A model generated the notes under the pieces. It did no database searches and was not told the DNA's origin. It saw only the letters and a list, made by a program, of their open reading frames with translations. 64,000 nt of DNA, taken from positions 186,001 to 250,000 of the IMG/VR virus record IMGVR_UViG_3300020477_000990, one strand, 5' to 3'. The position numbers were made by a program, and so were the translations under genes. Shown here one piece after another: positions 9,793-18,296 of the stretch. Every line of letters starts with the position of its first letter. Within the stretch, counting starts at the first letter, position 1.

Positions 9793-10924
9793 TAATTTAG
9801 CATATAAATTTGAAAGTCCTGGAAGATATGCTACTCATGTAAATTATCTTAATGGACATAATAGTTATGATATTATAGAATTTAATTCTTATTTAGATAA
9901 GCCATATCATCTTAATGATAGTTTTAAATTTGTTAATTTAACTAAATTAAAAAATCCAAATACCAGAGTATTAATAAGTCATATAAGAGAACGTTTAAAT
10001 TCTGATAGTAGTATATTACGAGGCCAGGCAGTTTTTATTGATTGGTTAGTGCAAAGCGAAGTATGTAAGGCAGAGCAAATTTTATATATTGTTGGATGTC
10101 AAACTGAACAAGATTTTTTACAAGAGTATACACAGGCTTGTTTAAAAGAACATACATTCCAACATAAAATAAAAATATTATCATATCCTCATTTTGAAAC
10201 TGATGCTGTTTGGCGTATGTATCAAGAAGGATTATCTATTGCAAATAGAAATTATGATGAACTAAAAACATTTGTTAAAAAAGATTTTTTATTTTTAAAT
10301 GCAAAAATACATAAAGCTAATAGAATTAATTTAGCAGTTGATTTGTTTCAACGTGGAATTTTAGATAATGGAATTTACTCTTTAAATACAAGTCATACAA
10401 GTACTGAACTTTATCCTTTAGTACAACACTTAATAGATCAATATTCATTTGGTCATTTTTATAGTAATATCCCACATAGTCCAGATAATATTGAGTACGA
10501 TAGTGAGTCGGACCATTATTTAGGTTATCCTTTTGATTATACTTTATATGAAAAAACAAAATATAGTTTAGTCGCAGAAACTCATTATGAAAATAATCCT
10601 TTTTTATTAACAGAAAAAACAGCAAGACCTATTTTAAATAAGCACCCTTTTGTTATAGCCAGTACGGTTGGTTTTTTAAAACAATTACATGAATTTGGAT
10701 ATCATACTTTTAATGAACTATGGCCAGAAGAATATGATTTAGAAACTGATACAACAAAACGTTTAAGCCTTGTTGCAGATACAGTTGAATACATAAACAA
10801 TAATACTGTTGATTGGATTTACGCATATCAAATCTCTAAGGAGAATTATACAACCCTGCAGAGGAGATATGATAGAAGTGTTAGACTATTAACAGAATGC
10901 CTTAGCGGTTCTTTTCGGATTTAG
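9767..10924 (+). CDS. Hypothetical protein, possibly glycosyltransferase-like
   Basis: C-terminal 'VAETH...FLLTEKT.RPI....PFVI' resembles GT10-like C-termini; weak. Confidence 0.4.
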   Translation: MSTIQLAPNNLAYKFESPGRYATHVNYLNGHNSYDIIEFNSYLDKPYHLNDSFKFVNLTKLKNPNTRVLISHIRERLNSDSSILRGQAVFIDWLVQSEVCKAEQILYIVGCQTEQDFLQEYTQACLKEHTFQHKIKILSYPHFETDAVWRMYQEGLSIANRNYDELKTFVKKDFLFLNAKIHKANRINLAVDLFQRGILDNGIYSLNTSHTSTELYPLVQHLIDQYSFGHFYSNIPHSPDNIEYDSESDHYLGYPFDYTLYEKTKYSLVAETHYENNPFLLTEKTARPILNKHPFVIASTVGFLKQLHEFGYHTFNELWPEEYDLETDTTKRLSLVADTVEYINNNTVDWIYAYQISKENYTTLQRRYDRSVRLLTECLSGSFRI

Positions 10925-11315
10925 TTACCATTACCTAAGAGATAAAATCATTTTGATTAATGATTGTATTGCATCATACAGAACCAGTCATAACTCACCC
11001 TGTTACGGGATGAGTCATTTTCGGCATCATACGAGACCACGCCATTCTAACTTTACAATCCTAAGGAAGCGGTTGGCCGGTACTCCCATCAATTGCGTCT
11101 CATCCAACGGAACTAAAATGTGTAAAGTAAGTTAGCACTACACACCTAGCTGAAGTTGTATCTTTTTCACAGAGCTTCATCGTTTAGCAGATATTAGCCT
11201 TTAGTCGCAACATCAGATTCACCATCATGAAGACGCATTTCTGAGATATTTCTATCAAGTAAGGTTGCTATGTAAGTTGATATTAGTTGATATTAGCCTT
11301 TATTAGCCTTATTGT
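10925..11315 (-). ncRNA. Putative large structured non-coding RNA of unknown family
   Basis: Intergenic gap richer in GC than its flanks, with no credible ORF; own promoter; hairpin 10990-11018; long-range complement 11094-11103/11227-11237; GCATCATAC direct repeat; ends approximate. Confidence 0.6.
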
Positions 11316-11321
11316 TATTAA

Positions 11322-11351
11322 AGTATAAGATTAAATTGGGTGTTTTGTCAA
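11322..11351 (-). promoter_or_regulatory. sigma70-like promoter firing leftward into the non-coding gap
   Basis: Minus strand TTGACA-18-TATACT with no ORF downstream. Confidence 0.7.
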
Positions 11352-11369
11352 GAGGAAAATTAAAAAATA

Positions 11370-11398
11370 TTGACTAATTGTGAAAATAGTTGTATAGT
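11370..11398 (+). promoter_or_regulatory. sigma70-like promoter (divergent)
   Basis: TTGACT-17-TATAGT, 10 nt before ATG 11409. Confidence 0.7.
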
Positions 11399-11408
11399 AT
11401 TATTATAA

Positions 11409-11705
11409 ATGACGAAAGATACAGTAATATCTAACATATATGGTGAAGATGAAAATGGGAATCCTATATTCATAGATAGGATTTATGGAGATAAAAATAC
11501 ACAAAGACTTATACAAAAAGATGGGTCTGAATATAAAGGTAGTATAACTAAACGTAGAATTATAGTAAAAAGAAGTAATGGAGATAGTTTTACATCACAC
11601 GTACATGAAACAGCAGACGGAAGATGGTTTGATAGAGGTGGTATGCCAATTGATAAACCAAAGAATTTAGATACTAGAAAAAAAGAAGAGGAAACACAAG
11701 AGTGA
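11409..11705 (+). CDS. Hypothetical protein
   Basis: 98-aa ORF behind promoter, overlapping next gene start. Confidence 0.6.
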   Translation: MTKDTVISNIYGEDENGNPIFIDRIYGDKNTQRLIQKDGSEYKGSITKRRIIVKRSNGDSFTSHVHETADGRWFDRGGMPIDKPKNLDTRKKEEETQE

Positions 11706-12220
11706 GTGGAGCAAAATCTAAAAATAAAGGTAAAATATACGAAAGAGATGTAGCAAATTTTCTTTCTGAATTATACAAAGAACCTTTTACAAGGGTTCCA
11801 TATTCAGGTGCATTTATTGGTGGACAAAATATTAAAAGAATAGATAGTTTATCTGAAAATCAAACTAGAGGTTTTAAAGGTGATATTATACCACCTGATA
11901 CATTTCCATTGTTAGTTATTGAAGCAAAGAACTATGGAGAGTTTCAATGGCATAATTTAGCATTAGGTAAAGAAGTAAAACAGTTAGATGAATGGATCAA
12001 ACAAGCACAAGATTCTTGTGAAGATAAAGACAAATGGATATTAAGTGTTAAAATATCTAGGCAAGGTGAATTTGTTTTATGGGATCCAACTTTATGGAGT
12101 GATTTAGATACAGACAATATGTATAAGCAATTCTTTTATACTGAAGCTTCAAAGTTTTGGCAATTAAATAGTGATAAAGTTAAACAACAATCTAAACAAC
12201 TACTTGACCAGCCTTCTTAA
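11702..12220 (+). CDS. PD-(D/E)XK nuclease, Holliday-junction-resolvase (Hjc)-like
   Basis: 'KNKGKIYERDV', 'GDII', 'IEAKNY' = E..D..ExK pattern. Confidence 0.75.
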   Translation: MSGAKSKNKGKIYERDVANFLSELYKEPFTRVPYSGAFIGGQNIKRIDSLSENQTRGFKGDIIPPDTFPLLVIEAKNYGEFQWHNLALGKEVKQLDEWIKQAQDSCEDKDKWILSVKISRQGEFVLWDPTLWSDLDTDNMYKQFFYTEASKFWQLNSDKVKQQSKQLLDQPS

Positions 12221-12428
12221 ATCGTTCTGCATTTTCACCAACATACTTAATCATCTCATTACGGTCCACATCGGAAAGTGACCATGCTTCTTCCCAAGTA
12301 ATTGATCCTCGCATATACCAACAAATTTCTGTTATTTGTTTTTGTATTGCAGAACGTTCTTTAGCTAACTGATCAAAGTAGGCATTTATTTCTTGAGGCT
12401 CAGCCCTTAAGAGCCAGCTACGAAAAAA
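12192..12428 (-). CDS. Start-less -1 frame extension of the 12407..13267 ORF (gp51/tail chaperone GT-like; 'WYMRGSITWEEAWSLS')
   Basis: 78 sense codons open from the slippery site to TAG at 12192-12194; TGA immediately precedes; only ATG/GTG codons are internal; absent from ORF track. Confidence 0.75.
   Translation of the reverse strand, partial: FFRSWLLRAEPQEINAYFDQLAKERSAIQKQITEICWYMRGSITWEEAWSLSDVDRNEMIKYVGENAERFKKAGQVVV
12397..12428 (-). promoter_or_regulatory. Programmed -1 ribosomal frameshift signal
   Basis: T TTT TTC heptamer (12422-12428), 6-nt spacer, GGCUC/GAGCC stem. Confidence 0.75.
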
Positions 12429-13267
12429 TCAGTTGGATTAATGTCTAACGTAGTTTCCCACTCATGTTTACATTTTTCATTTTGACAAATTAACGATATT
12501 TTTTTGTCAACGTCTAATGCATTAATTTCTGCTAATTTACTGTCAATTGCCTTAGCGGCAGTTGAATCTATATTTTGTAAAAATGCAAAAATTTCATTTG
12601 CGTGAGTTTCTTCGTCACCATCTGGTGTTACTACTTTAACAATACTTCTAGCAAGTAGTGATACACTAATGTCAGCCATTTTATTAAAACTTTTATTATA
12701 CACAGACATAGCGTCAGCACTAATGTCAGCAGTTTCTTTTGTCAATTGCTGTATTGCTTTTGTTTCATCAAAAGCCGCAAGTGCCGCCTCTGTTTGCATT
12801 GTGTAAGTATAAGGTTTAATATAAACTTTAATGCCAGTCTCTAATGTTACAACGTATTCAGTTTCTAACATTTTAGCAGTAGCTAACAAGTTACGCATAT
12901 TAACAGTAACTCTGTTGTCAGTTTTACAGCTAGGACATTTAGCAGTAACTTCGTGTTCATCTCCACTAGATGCAATTTTAATTGCAATTAAAAGAGTATC
13001 AATATCTGTTATTGGAATGTTTTTAGGTTCGCCAACTCCAGGAACACAACTTTTAATAACACTAGTAATAGCTTCGCCATTTAATAATGCATCTGGGTTT
13101 TTAGTTAATACTTCATCACGACCTGTCATAGCCATAACAGCTAATTCACCACTCATTGATTGTTCCATCTCTGGATTAAAAGCACCTTGACTTGGTATTT
13201 TTACATACAGTTTTGGAGCTCTATAATACTTCGATAGTTTGCTTTCGGTTTTAGTTTCTGTTGCCAT
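12407..13267 (-). CDS. Baseplate hub assembly / tail assembly chaperone, gp26-like
   Basis: 'MT..DE.L.KNPD.LLNG.AI..VIKSC', 'D.D.LLIAI.IAS.G', CPSC and C-terminal Cys pairs. Confidence 0.7.
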   Translation of the reverse strand: MATETKTESKLSKYYRAPKLYVKIPSQGAFNPEMEQSMSGELAVMAMTGRDEVLTKNPDALLNGEAITSVIKSCVPGVGEPKNIPITDIDTLLIAIKIASSGDEHEVTAKCPSCKTDNRVTVNMRNLLATAKMLETEYVVTLETGIKVYIKPYTYTMQTEAALAAFDETKAIQQLTKETADISADAMSVYNKSFNKMADISVSLLARSIVKVVTPDGDEETHANEIFAFLQNIDSTAAKAIDSKLAEINALDVDKKISLICQNEKCKHEWETTLDINPTDFFVAGS

Positions 13268-13308
13268 TTTTATTAGTTTCCCATTATATACGTAGTTTTC
13301 TACTACGA

Positions 13309-13318
13309 TAAATATTTA
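13309..13318. promoter_or_regulatory. Palindromic bidirectional late promoter core TAAATATTTA
   Basis: TAAATA on both strands between divergent chaperone and tape-measure genes. Confidence 0.5.
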
Positions 13319-13362
13319 TAATAATAGTATTTATTGAAGTATTTATATAGGGTTTTAATGAA

Positions 13363-15699
13363 ATGGCAGATGGCGATAGAATTATAGTTGATAAGATAAA
13401 TTGGAGTCCAGATCTTCCGGAATGGGCTACAGAAGCCACTCAAGCTAAAATTTTAGAAAAATTAGGTGGCCAATTAGATATTGTTAAAAAGACAGCAACT
13501 AAAACTACAACTAATTTAAAAGATAATACTAAAGCCCAAAAAGATACAACAACAATGCTTGAAAAAGGCTTTAAGTCGATGAAAGAAGCGGCTAGAAACC
13601 AAACGTCAGCCTTTAATAAATTTTCAGCACAAAAGCTAATACCCAAAACACCATTTAAAGCATTTAATAATGGAATTCAAAAAGTTGCAGGTAAATTAGG
13701 AATATTTGGTGCGGCACTAGGTGCAGTTGGATTTGTTATTGGTGGAATTATTGGTAGAATGAAAGCCTTTAGTGATCAATTTAGACAATTGTTTGCCGTA
13801 GGTTTCAGATTTGAAAAAGGTTCAATAGGTTTAGCACAGGCGGCTGTTAGAGCTGAAATGAGTTTAGATCAGTATAGTGAAATTTTAGGAAGATATTCAA
13901 CTACAATAGGAGTACTTGGTACAAGAGCATTTTCAGATTTAAATGTACAGATGAGGGAAACATTAATGGAAGTTGGATTACTTGGTATGAACTTATCTGA
14001 GTTAACTGAGTATACAGCTGATTATTTAGATCAAAGAAGATTGCTTGGTATATTAGAAGAAACAGATAGAGCGGCGTTGGCACAACAAACAGAAACATAT
14101 TTAAAAAATATTTCTGCAATGTCTACTTTACTGAATGTATCTAGAGACCAAATATCACAAATAGTTAAATCATCTGTAACAGTAGCGGCATTTACAAATG
14201 CATTAAACAAAGCACCACAAGAGTTACGAGAGCAGATGTTAGCTACAGCACAGGTAGTTACTGCCGGTTTTGCGGCATTAGGTAATGATTATGGTAATGC
14301 TTTAGCAAATGCATTTACAACAGCAGTTGGACGAGGTGGGTTATACTTCACAGAAGTAGGTAGAGAACTATTAGCAATAAGTCAACCATTGTATCATGCA
14401 ATGTCTGAATTAGCCAACACAGTTGGTCCACAAGAAGCTGGTGCTAAATTTAGTGCAATGTTAGATATAATGGCAAATGTATCTGATGCAGAACGTCAAC
14501 GTTTAATGATTTTAGAACGTTCTAATACTCAATATGCACAAGGTGCCAGAAATATGATTACATTAATTAATCAAGCACAACAATTAGAAGAAGAGCAAAT
14601 TGCGGCAATTAGAAACATGGAAAAAATGAGAGAGGCTCAAAGACCAGATGATACTACAAGAGCATTTACAAATTTAGAAATTGCAATGCAAAAATTAAGA
14701 GTTGTTTATGATAAGTTTTTTACAACATTATTTGGTAACAATAGAATATTAAATCTATTTGAAAGAATTATGATTAAGTTATCTAAAGCAGTAGTTAAGT
14801 TTGCTGATTGGATTTTAGAAAGAGCAGAAAAAATTGGTGATGCTATTGCTAATGTAGTTACAAGATTAATGGATTGGATTAAAGGTTTTGAAGGAATGGG
14901 ACTAGGAGCGTCAATTGCCAGAGCATTAAGCGGTGTGTTTGGATTAATGTCAGATATGATTGTTGGTGCAATTGTTAAAGGAATGAAAATGGCTCTACCA
15001 GGTGGTGGAGCGGCAAAAAGAGCTGAAAGTCAAAGACAAATAGCAAATCAAGATATTCAAAGATTATCAGGTGGTGGCTTAAATATAGATCCTAATAATA
15101 CAACATTTAATAAAGAATGGTTAAAGAGATGGTCCGGACCTAACGCAACAAGATTTGATTTTGATAACGATATAGTATCAGGAATTGCTAACGAATTACC
15201 ACCTACTCTTGCTAAAACGTTTGCATCAATGTTTCCAGATGGTGACGTAGATACGTCAGCAATAGAAACAATGCAATCTAGAGAAGGTGTTTTTGCAACA
15301 ATACTTGAAGAAGTAACTAAAAGTGGAAATAAAGATTTAATTGAAGCATTAAATAAATTATTACTTTCTCAAGCAGTTCTAGTAAGTAATACTGCAAAAG
15401 CAACACTAGATGACGAACTAGGTGTTAAAACAACTACTATGTCTGGTACTGACATTGCTAATAATTTAGCTGGCAAACAAGATGATAATGCAGTATTAAC
15501 TGGTACAAAAACACCAGCTGAAATTACTGAAGCTAAATTAAAAATAATGAGACAATATTTGCCAATGGCCGGAAAAGGTGATCCAAATCAGGACGCAACT
15601 GGTAATTATTATGAACAAATGATTGCTGAATTAAAGATTTTAAACGGTAAACAGGAAAAACAAATAAAAGAATTAGAGTCAGCAAACGCCAAATTATAA
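13363..15699 (+). CDS. Tail tape measure-like protein
   Basis: 778 aa, Ala/Leu-rich helical, Gly-rich hydrophobic segments; adjacent to chaperone genes. Confidence 0.7.
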   Translation: MADGDRIIVDKINWSPDLPEWATEATQAKILEKLGGQLDIVKKTATKTTTNLKDNTKAQKDTTTMLEKGFKSMKEAARNQTSAFNKFSAQKLIPKTPFKAFNNGIQKVAGKLGIFGAALGAVGFVIGGIIGRMKAFSDQFRQLFAVGFRFEKGSIGLAQAAVRAEMSLDQYSEILGRYSTTIGVLGTRAFSDLNVQMRETLMEVGLLGMNLSELTEYTADYLDQRRLLGILEETDRAALAQQTETYLKNISAMSTLLNVSRDQISQIVKSSVTVAAFTNALNKAPQELREQMLATAQVVTAGFAALGNDYGNALANAFTTAVGRGGLYFTEVGRELLAISQPLYHAMSELANTVGPQEAGAKFSAMLDIMANVSDAERQRLMILERSNTQYAQGARNMITLINQAQQLEEEQIAAIRNMEKMREAQRPDDTTRAFTNLEIAMQKLRVVYDKFFTTLFGNNRILNLFERIMIKLSKAVVKFADWILERAEKIGDAIANVVTRLMDWIKGFEGMGLGASIARALSGVFGLMSDMIVGAIVKGMKMALPGGGAAKRAESQRQIANQDIQRLSGGGLNIDPNNTTFNKEWLKRWSGPNATRFDFDNDIVSGIANELPPTLAKTFASMFPDGDVDTSAIETMQSREGVFATILEEVTKSGNKDLIEALNKLLLSQAVLVSNTAKATLDDELGVKTTTMSGTDIANNLAGKQDDNAVLTGTKTPAEITEAKLKIMRQYLPMAGKGDPNQDATGNYYEQMIAELKILNGKQEKQIKELESANAKL

Positions 15700-15702
15700 T
15701 GG

Positions 15703-15742
15703 TTGCTTATTTTATTAAAATACTATATAATTTATATAAATA
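15703..15742 (+). promoter_or_regulatory. Tandem sigma70-like and T4-late promoters upstream of portal
   Basis: TTGCTT-17-TATAAT (15703-15731) and exact TATAAATA (15735-15742). Confidence 0.65.
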
Positions 15743-15766
15743 CTGTTATAAAGGTACATATATACA

Positions 15767-17485
15767 ATGAGCTGGAAAAAACATTTTACAGAATATAGCA
15801 CAAAATTAGGTCAACAGTCAGTAATTGGTAATGCTGGAACGTCATATGGTAGTTCTTCACAATCAAAATACAGCACATGGTTACCAGAAGTATATGCAGG
15901 TCAACCAAATCGTATTGAACGTTATTACCAATATGATCAAATGGATTTAGATACTGAAATTAATGCTTCATTAGATACTATTGCAGAATTTGCCACTCAA
16001 GTAGAAACAAAAACAGGTACCCCATTTAAAATATTTTATAAAGATAAGCCAACAGATACAGAAACAGAAATTTTAAATCAATCAATTAAGCAATGGACTA
16101 ATATAAATGATTGGGACAAAAGATGCTTTAAGTTATTTAGAAATGTTATTAAGTATGGAGACCAAGTATTTGTTAGAGATCCAGAAACTTATAAATTACT
16201 TTGGGTTGATCAAAGTAAAATTGAAAAAATTATTGTTAATGAAGGTAAAGGTAAAAAACCAGAAGCATACTTTATTAGAGATTTAGATTTAAATTTACAA
16301 AACTTAAACTTAACAACAATGAGTCAATATAAAATGTCGGCTCCTATAGCATTCCAAGGTGGTAGTATGCCTTTTGCCACAGATGCAAAATATCAAGGAG
16401 TGACAACAAGTATTAGTACGTCAACAGGTGGTAGATTTATGCAAGAAACTCAAACAACACCTGTAGATGCTTCGCACATAGCACATATAAGTTTATCAGA
16501 AGGTATGGATAGATTTTGGCCTTTTGGTACTTCAGTACTAGAAAGTATTTTTAAAGTTTATAAACAAAAAGAATTATTAGAAGATGCAATTATAATTTAT
16601 AGAGTACAAAGAGCACCTGAAAGAAGAGTGTTCTATATTGATGTAGGTAATATGCCAACAAATAAAGCAATGGCATTTATTGAAAGAGTTAAAAATGAAA
16701 TACACCAAAAACGTATTCCAAATAAAACAGGTGGTGGTGCTAATGTAATGGATGCCGCATATAATCCATTGTCAATGATTGAAGATTATTTCTTTGCACA
16801 AACGGCTGAAGGTAGAGGATCAAAAGTTGAAACATTACCAGGTGGACAAAACTTAGGCGAAATTGATGATTTAAAATACTTTAATAATAAGTTGATGAAA
16901 GGCTTAAGAATTCCATCAAGTTATTTGCCATCAACACCAGAAGATCCAGGGTCAGCATTTACTGATGGTAGAGTTGGTACAGCATATATACAAGAATTTA
17001 GATTTACAAAATATTGTAAACGTTTACAATCAATGATTATGCCAACACTTGATAAAGAATTTAAAATGTTTTTAAAACATAGAGGTATTGAAATTGATTC
17101 AGGATCATTTGAATTACAATTTAATGAACCACAAAACTTTGGTAAGTATAGACAAATTGAAATTGATAATCAACAAACAAGTATCTTTACACAATTACAA
17201 CAAATTCCATTTATGTCAAAACGTTTTGCAATGAAACGTTATCTTGGACTTGATGAACATGAAATTTATCAAAATGAAAAATTGTGGGCAGAAGAAAATG
17301 CAAATGTAACAGGTCCAGCACCACAAGGTGATGATATAGCCGGCGGAGCAGGATTAAGTGATGTTGGTGCGGCTCCAATGCCAATGGCAGAACCAGAAGC
17401 AGATGCTGATGTAACTGACCCAGATACAGCAGGTGAAACTCCACCAATTAGTGGTGCTGAACCTACTCCAGACGAAACAGCATAA
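15767..17485 (+). CDS. gp20: Portal protein
   Basis: 'EDAIIIYRVQRAPERRVFYIDVGNMP', 'EDYFF...EGRGSKVETLPGGQNLGEIDDLKYF'. Confidence 0.96.
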   Translation: MSWKKHFTEYSTKLGQQSVIGNAGTSYGSSSQSKYSTWLPEVYAGQPNRIERYYQYDQMDLDTEINASLDTIAEFATQVETKTGTPFKIFYKDKPTDTETEILNQSIKQWTNINDWDKRCFKLFRNVIKYGDQVFVRDPETYKLLWVDQSKIEKIIVNEGKGKKPEAYFIRDLDLNLQNLNLTTMSQYKMSAPIAFQGGSMPFATDAKYQGVTTSISTSTGGRFMQETQTTPVDASHIAHISLSEGMDRFWPFGTSVLESIFKVYKQKELLEDAIIIYRVQRAPERRVFYIDVGNMPTNKAMAFIERVKNEIHQKRIPNKTGGGANVMDAAYNPLSMIEDYFFAQTAEGRGSKVETLPGGQNLGEIDDLKYFNNKLMKGLRIPSSYLPSTPEDPGSAFTDGRVGTAYIQEFRFTKYCKRLQSMIMPTLDKEFKMFLKHRGIEIDSGSFELQFNEPQNFGKYRQIEIDNQQTSIFTQLQQIPFMSKRFAMKRYLGLDEHEIYQNEKLWAEENANVTGPAPQGDDIAGGAGLSDVGAAPMPMAEPEADADVTDPDTAGETPPISGAEPTPDETA

Positions 17486-17506
17486 TATTAACGTCAATAT
17501 TTTTAT

Positions 17507-17514
17507 TATAAATA
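17507..17514 (+). promoter_or_regulatory. T4-type late promoter TATAAATA
   Basis: Exact T4 late consensus upstream of 17534. Confidence 0.7.
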
Positions 17515-17533
17515 GTATTAAAGGTATAGTACT

Positions 17534-17929
17534 ATGAAAATTTACGAAATTAGCAATACAGATTTTTATTGTTTTGAGCCAGTATTAGGCGAAGCAAGTA
17601 GAAGACAAGGTGGAGCATTCCAAATATTTGGTAGAAGTCCAGGTAAATTTGGATCAGGTGCTAAAAAAGGAAAACTAACTAGAAAATTTAGATGTCCTAC
17701 AGGTCCACGTAAAGGACGTATTGTTGCTAAACCTGAAACTTGTAATGCACCGTTAAATGTTAGACAAAGTACTAGAATGAAAGGCACACGTGCCGCGAAA
17801 GCTGGAATACATGGTAAAAAATCAAGCTATACTAAAAAATATAGTCCAGCATCAATACGTACTAAAAAAATGAATAAAGGCTTAAAGAAATTGCGTGGTA
17901 GAGCAAGAAAAAGTATTAGAAGAAGGTAA
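17534..17929 (+). CDS. Basic prohead core protein (gp68-like)
   Basis: Very Lys/Arg-rich 131 aa between portal and protease. Confidence 0.55.
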   Translation: MKIYEISNTDFYCFEPVLGEASRRQGGAFQIFGRSPGKFGSGAKKGKLTRKFRCPTGPRKGRIVAKPETCNAPLNVRQSTRMKGTRAAKAGIHGKKSSYTKKYSPASIRTKKMNKGLKKLRGRARKSIRRR

Positions 17930-17932
17930 ATA
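17927..17932 (+). promoter_or_regulatory. Late promoter core, leaderless
   Basis: TAAATA-5 nt-ATG(17938); overlaps upstream stop. Confidence 0.5.
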
Positions 17933-17937
17933 TTAAT

Positions 17938-18138
17938 ATGCGTTATAGAGAGTTAATTAAAGAGAATTATTTTCCAGCAGATGATCAATATCATCAAGCA
18001 ACTGTTAACGATAGTCGTAAGACTAGATTAACTTTAGTTCATTTAAATAAGTTGCGTAAAGTACGTGAAATGCGTAAAGCAGATAAAGAAAAAAACAGCG
18101 AATTTGTAGCTACAATGTATGCTCCAGTAATGCAATAG
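17938..18138 (+). CDS. Small head-module hypothetical protein
   Basis: 66 aa, starts MRYRELIKE. Confidence 0.6.
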   Translation: MRYRELIKENYFPADDQYHQATVNDSRKTRLTLVHLNKLRKVREMRKADKEKNSEFVATMYAPVMQ

Positions 18139-18162
18139 GCCAAATAAAGCATATTTTAATAT

Positions 18163-18195
18163 AAAATAGGTTCAAAAATGGCTCAAAATAGGCTT
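18163..18195 (+). repeat. Three imperfect tandem 11-nt repeats
   Basis: AAAATAGGTTC / AAAAATGGCTC / AAAATAGGCTT. Confidence 0.7.
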
Positions 18196-18296
18196 CTTTA
18201 CCTTAAATTTCCTATAAATCTGTTAAATAATATATACGATGGGTATCTTATAGGTATCTAAACTATTCACGTGAATAAGATTTAGGAGTATATATT

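Noticed and set aside
10953-11135. 60-aa plus-strand ORF in the intergenic gap
   Set aside because: No SD or promoter and atypical composition; better explained as the antisense of the structured RNA.
10925-11315. Group I/II intron, tmRNA or RNase P identity for the RNA
   Set aside because: It does not interrupt a gene, and I found no P7/R-S motifs, canonical domain V, tRNA-like CCA end or GAGGAAAGUCC.
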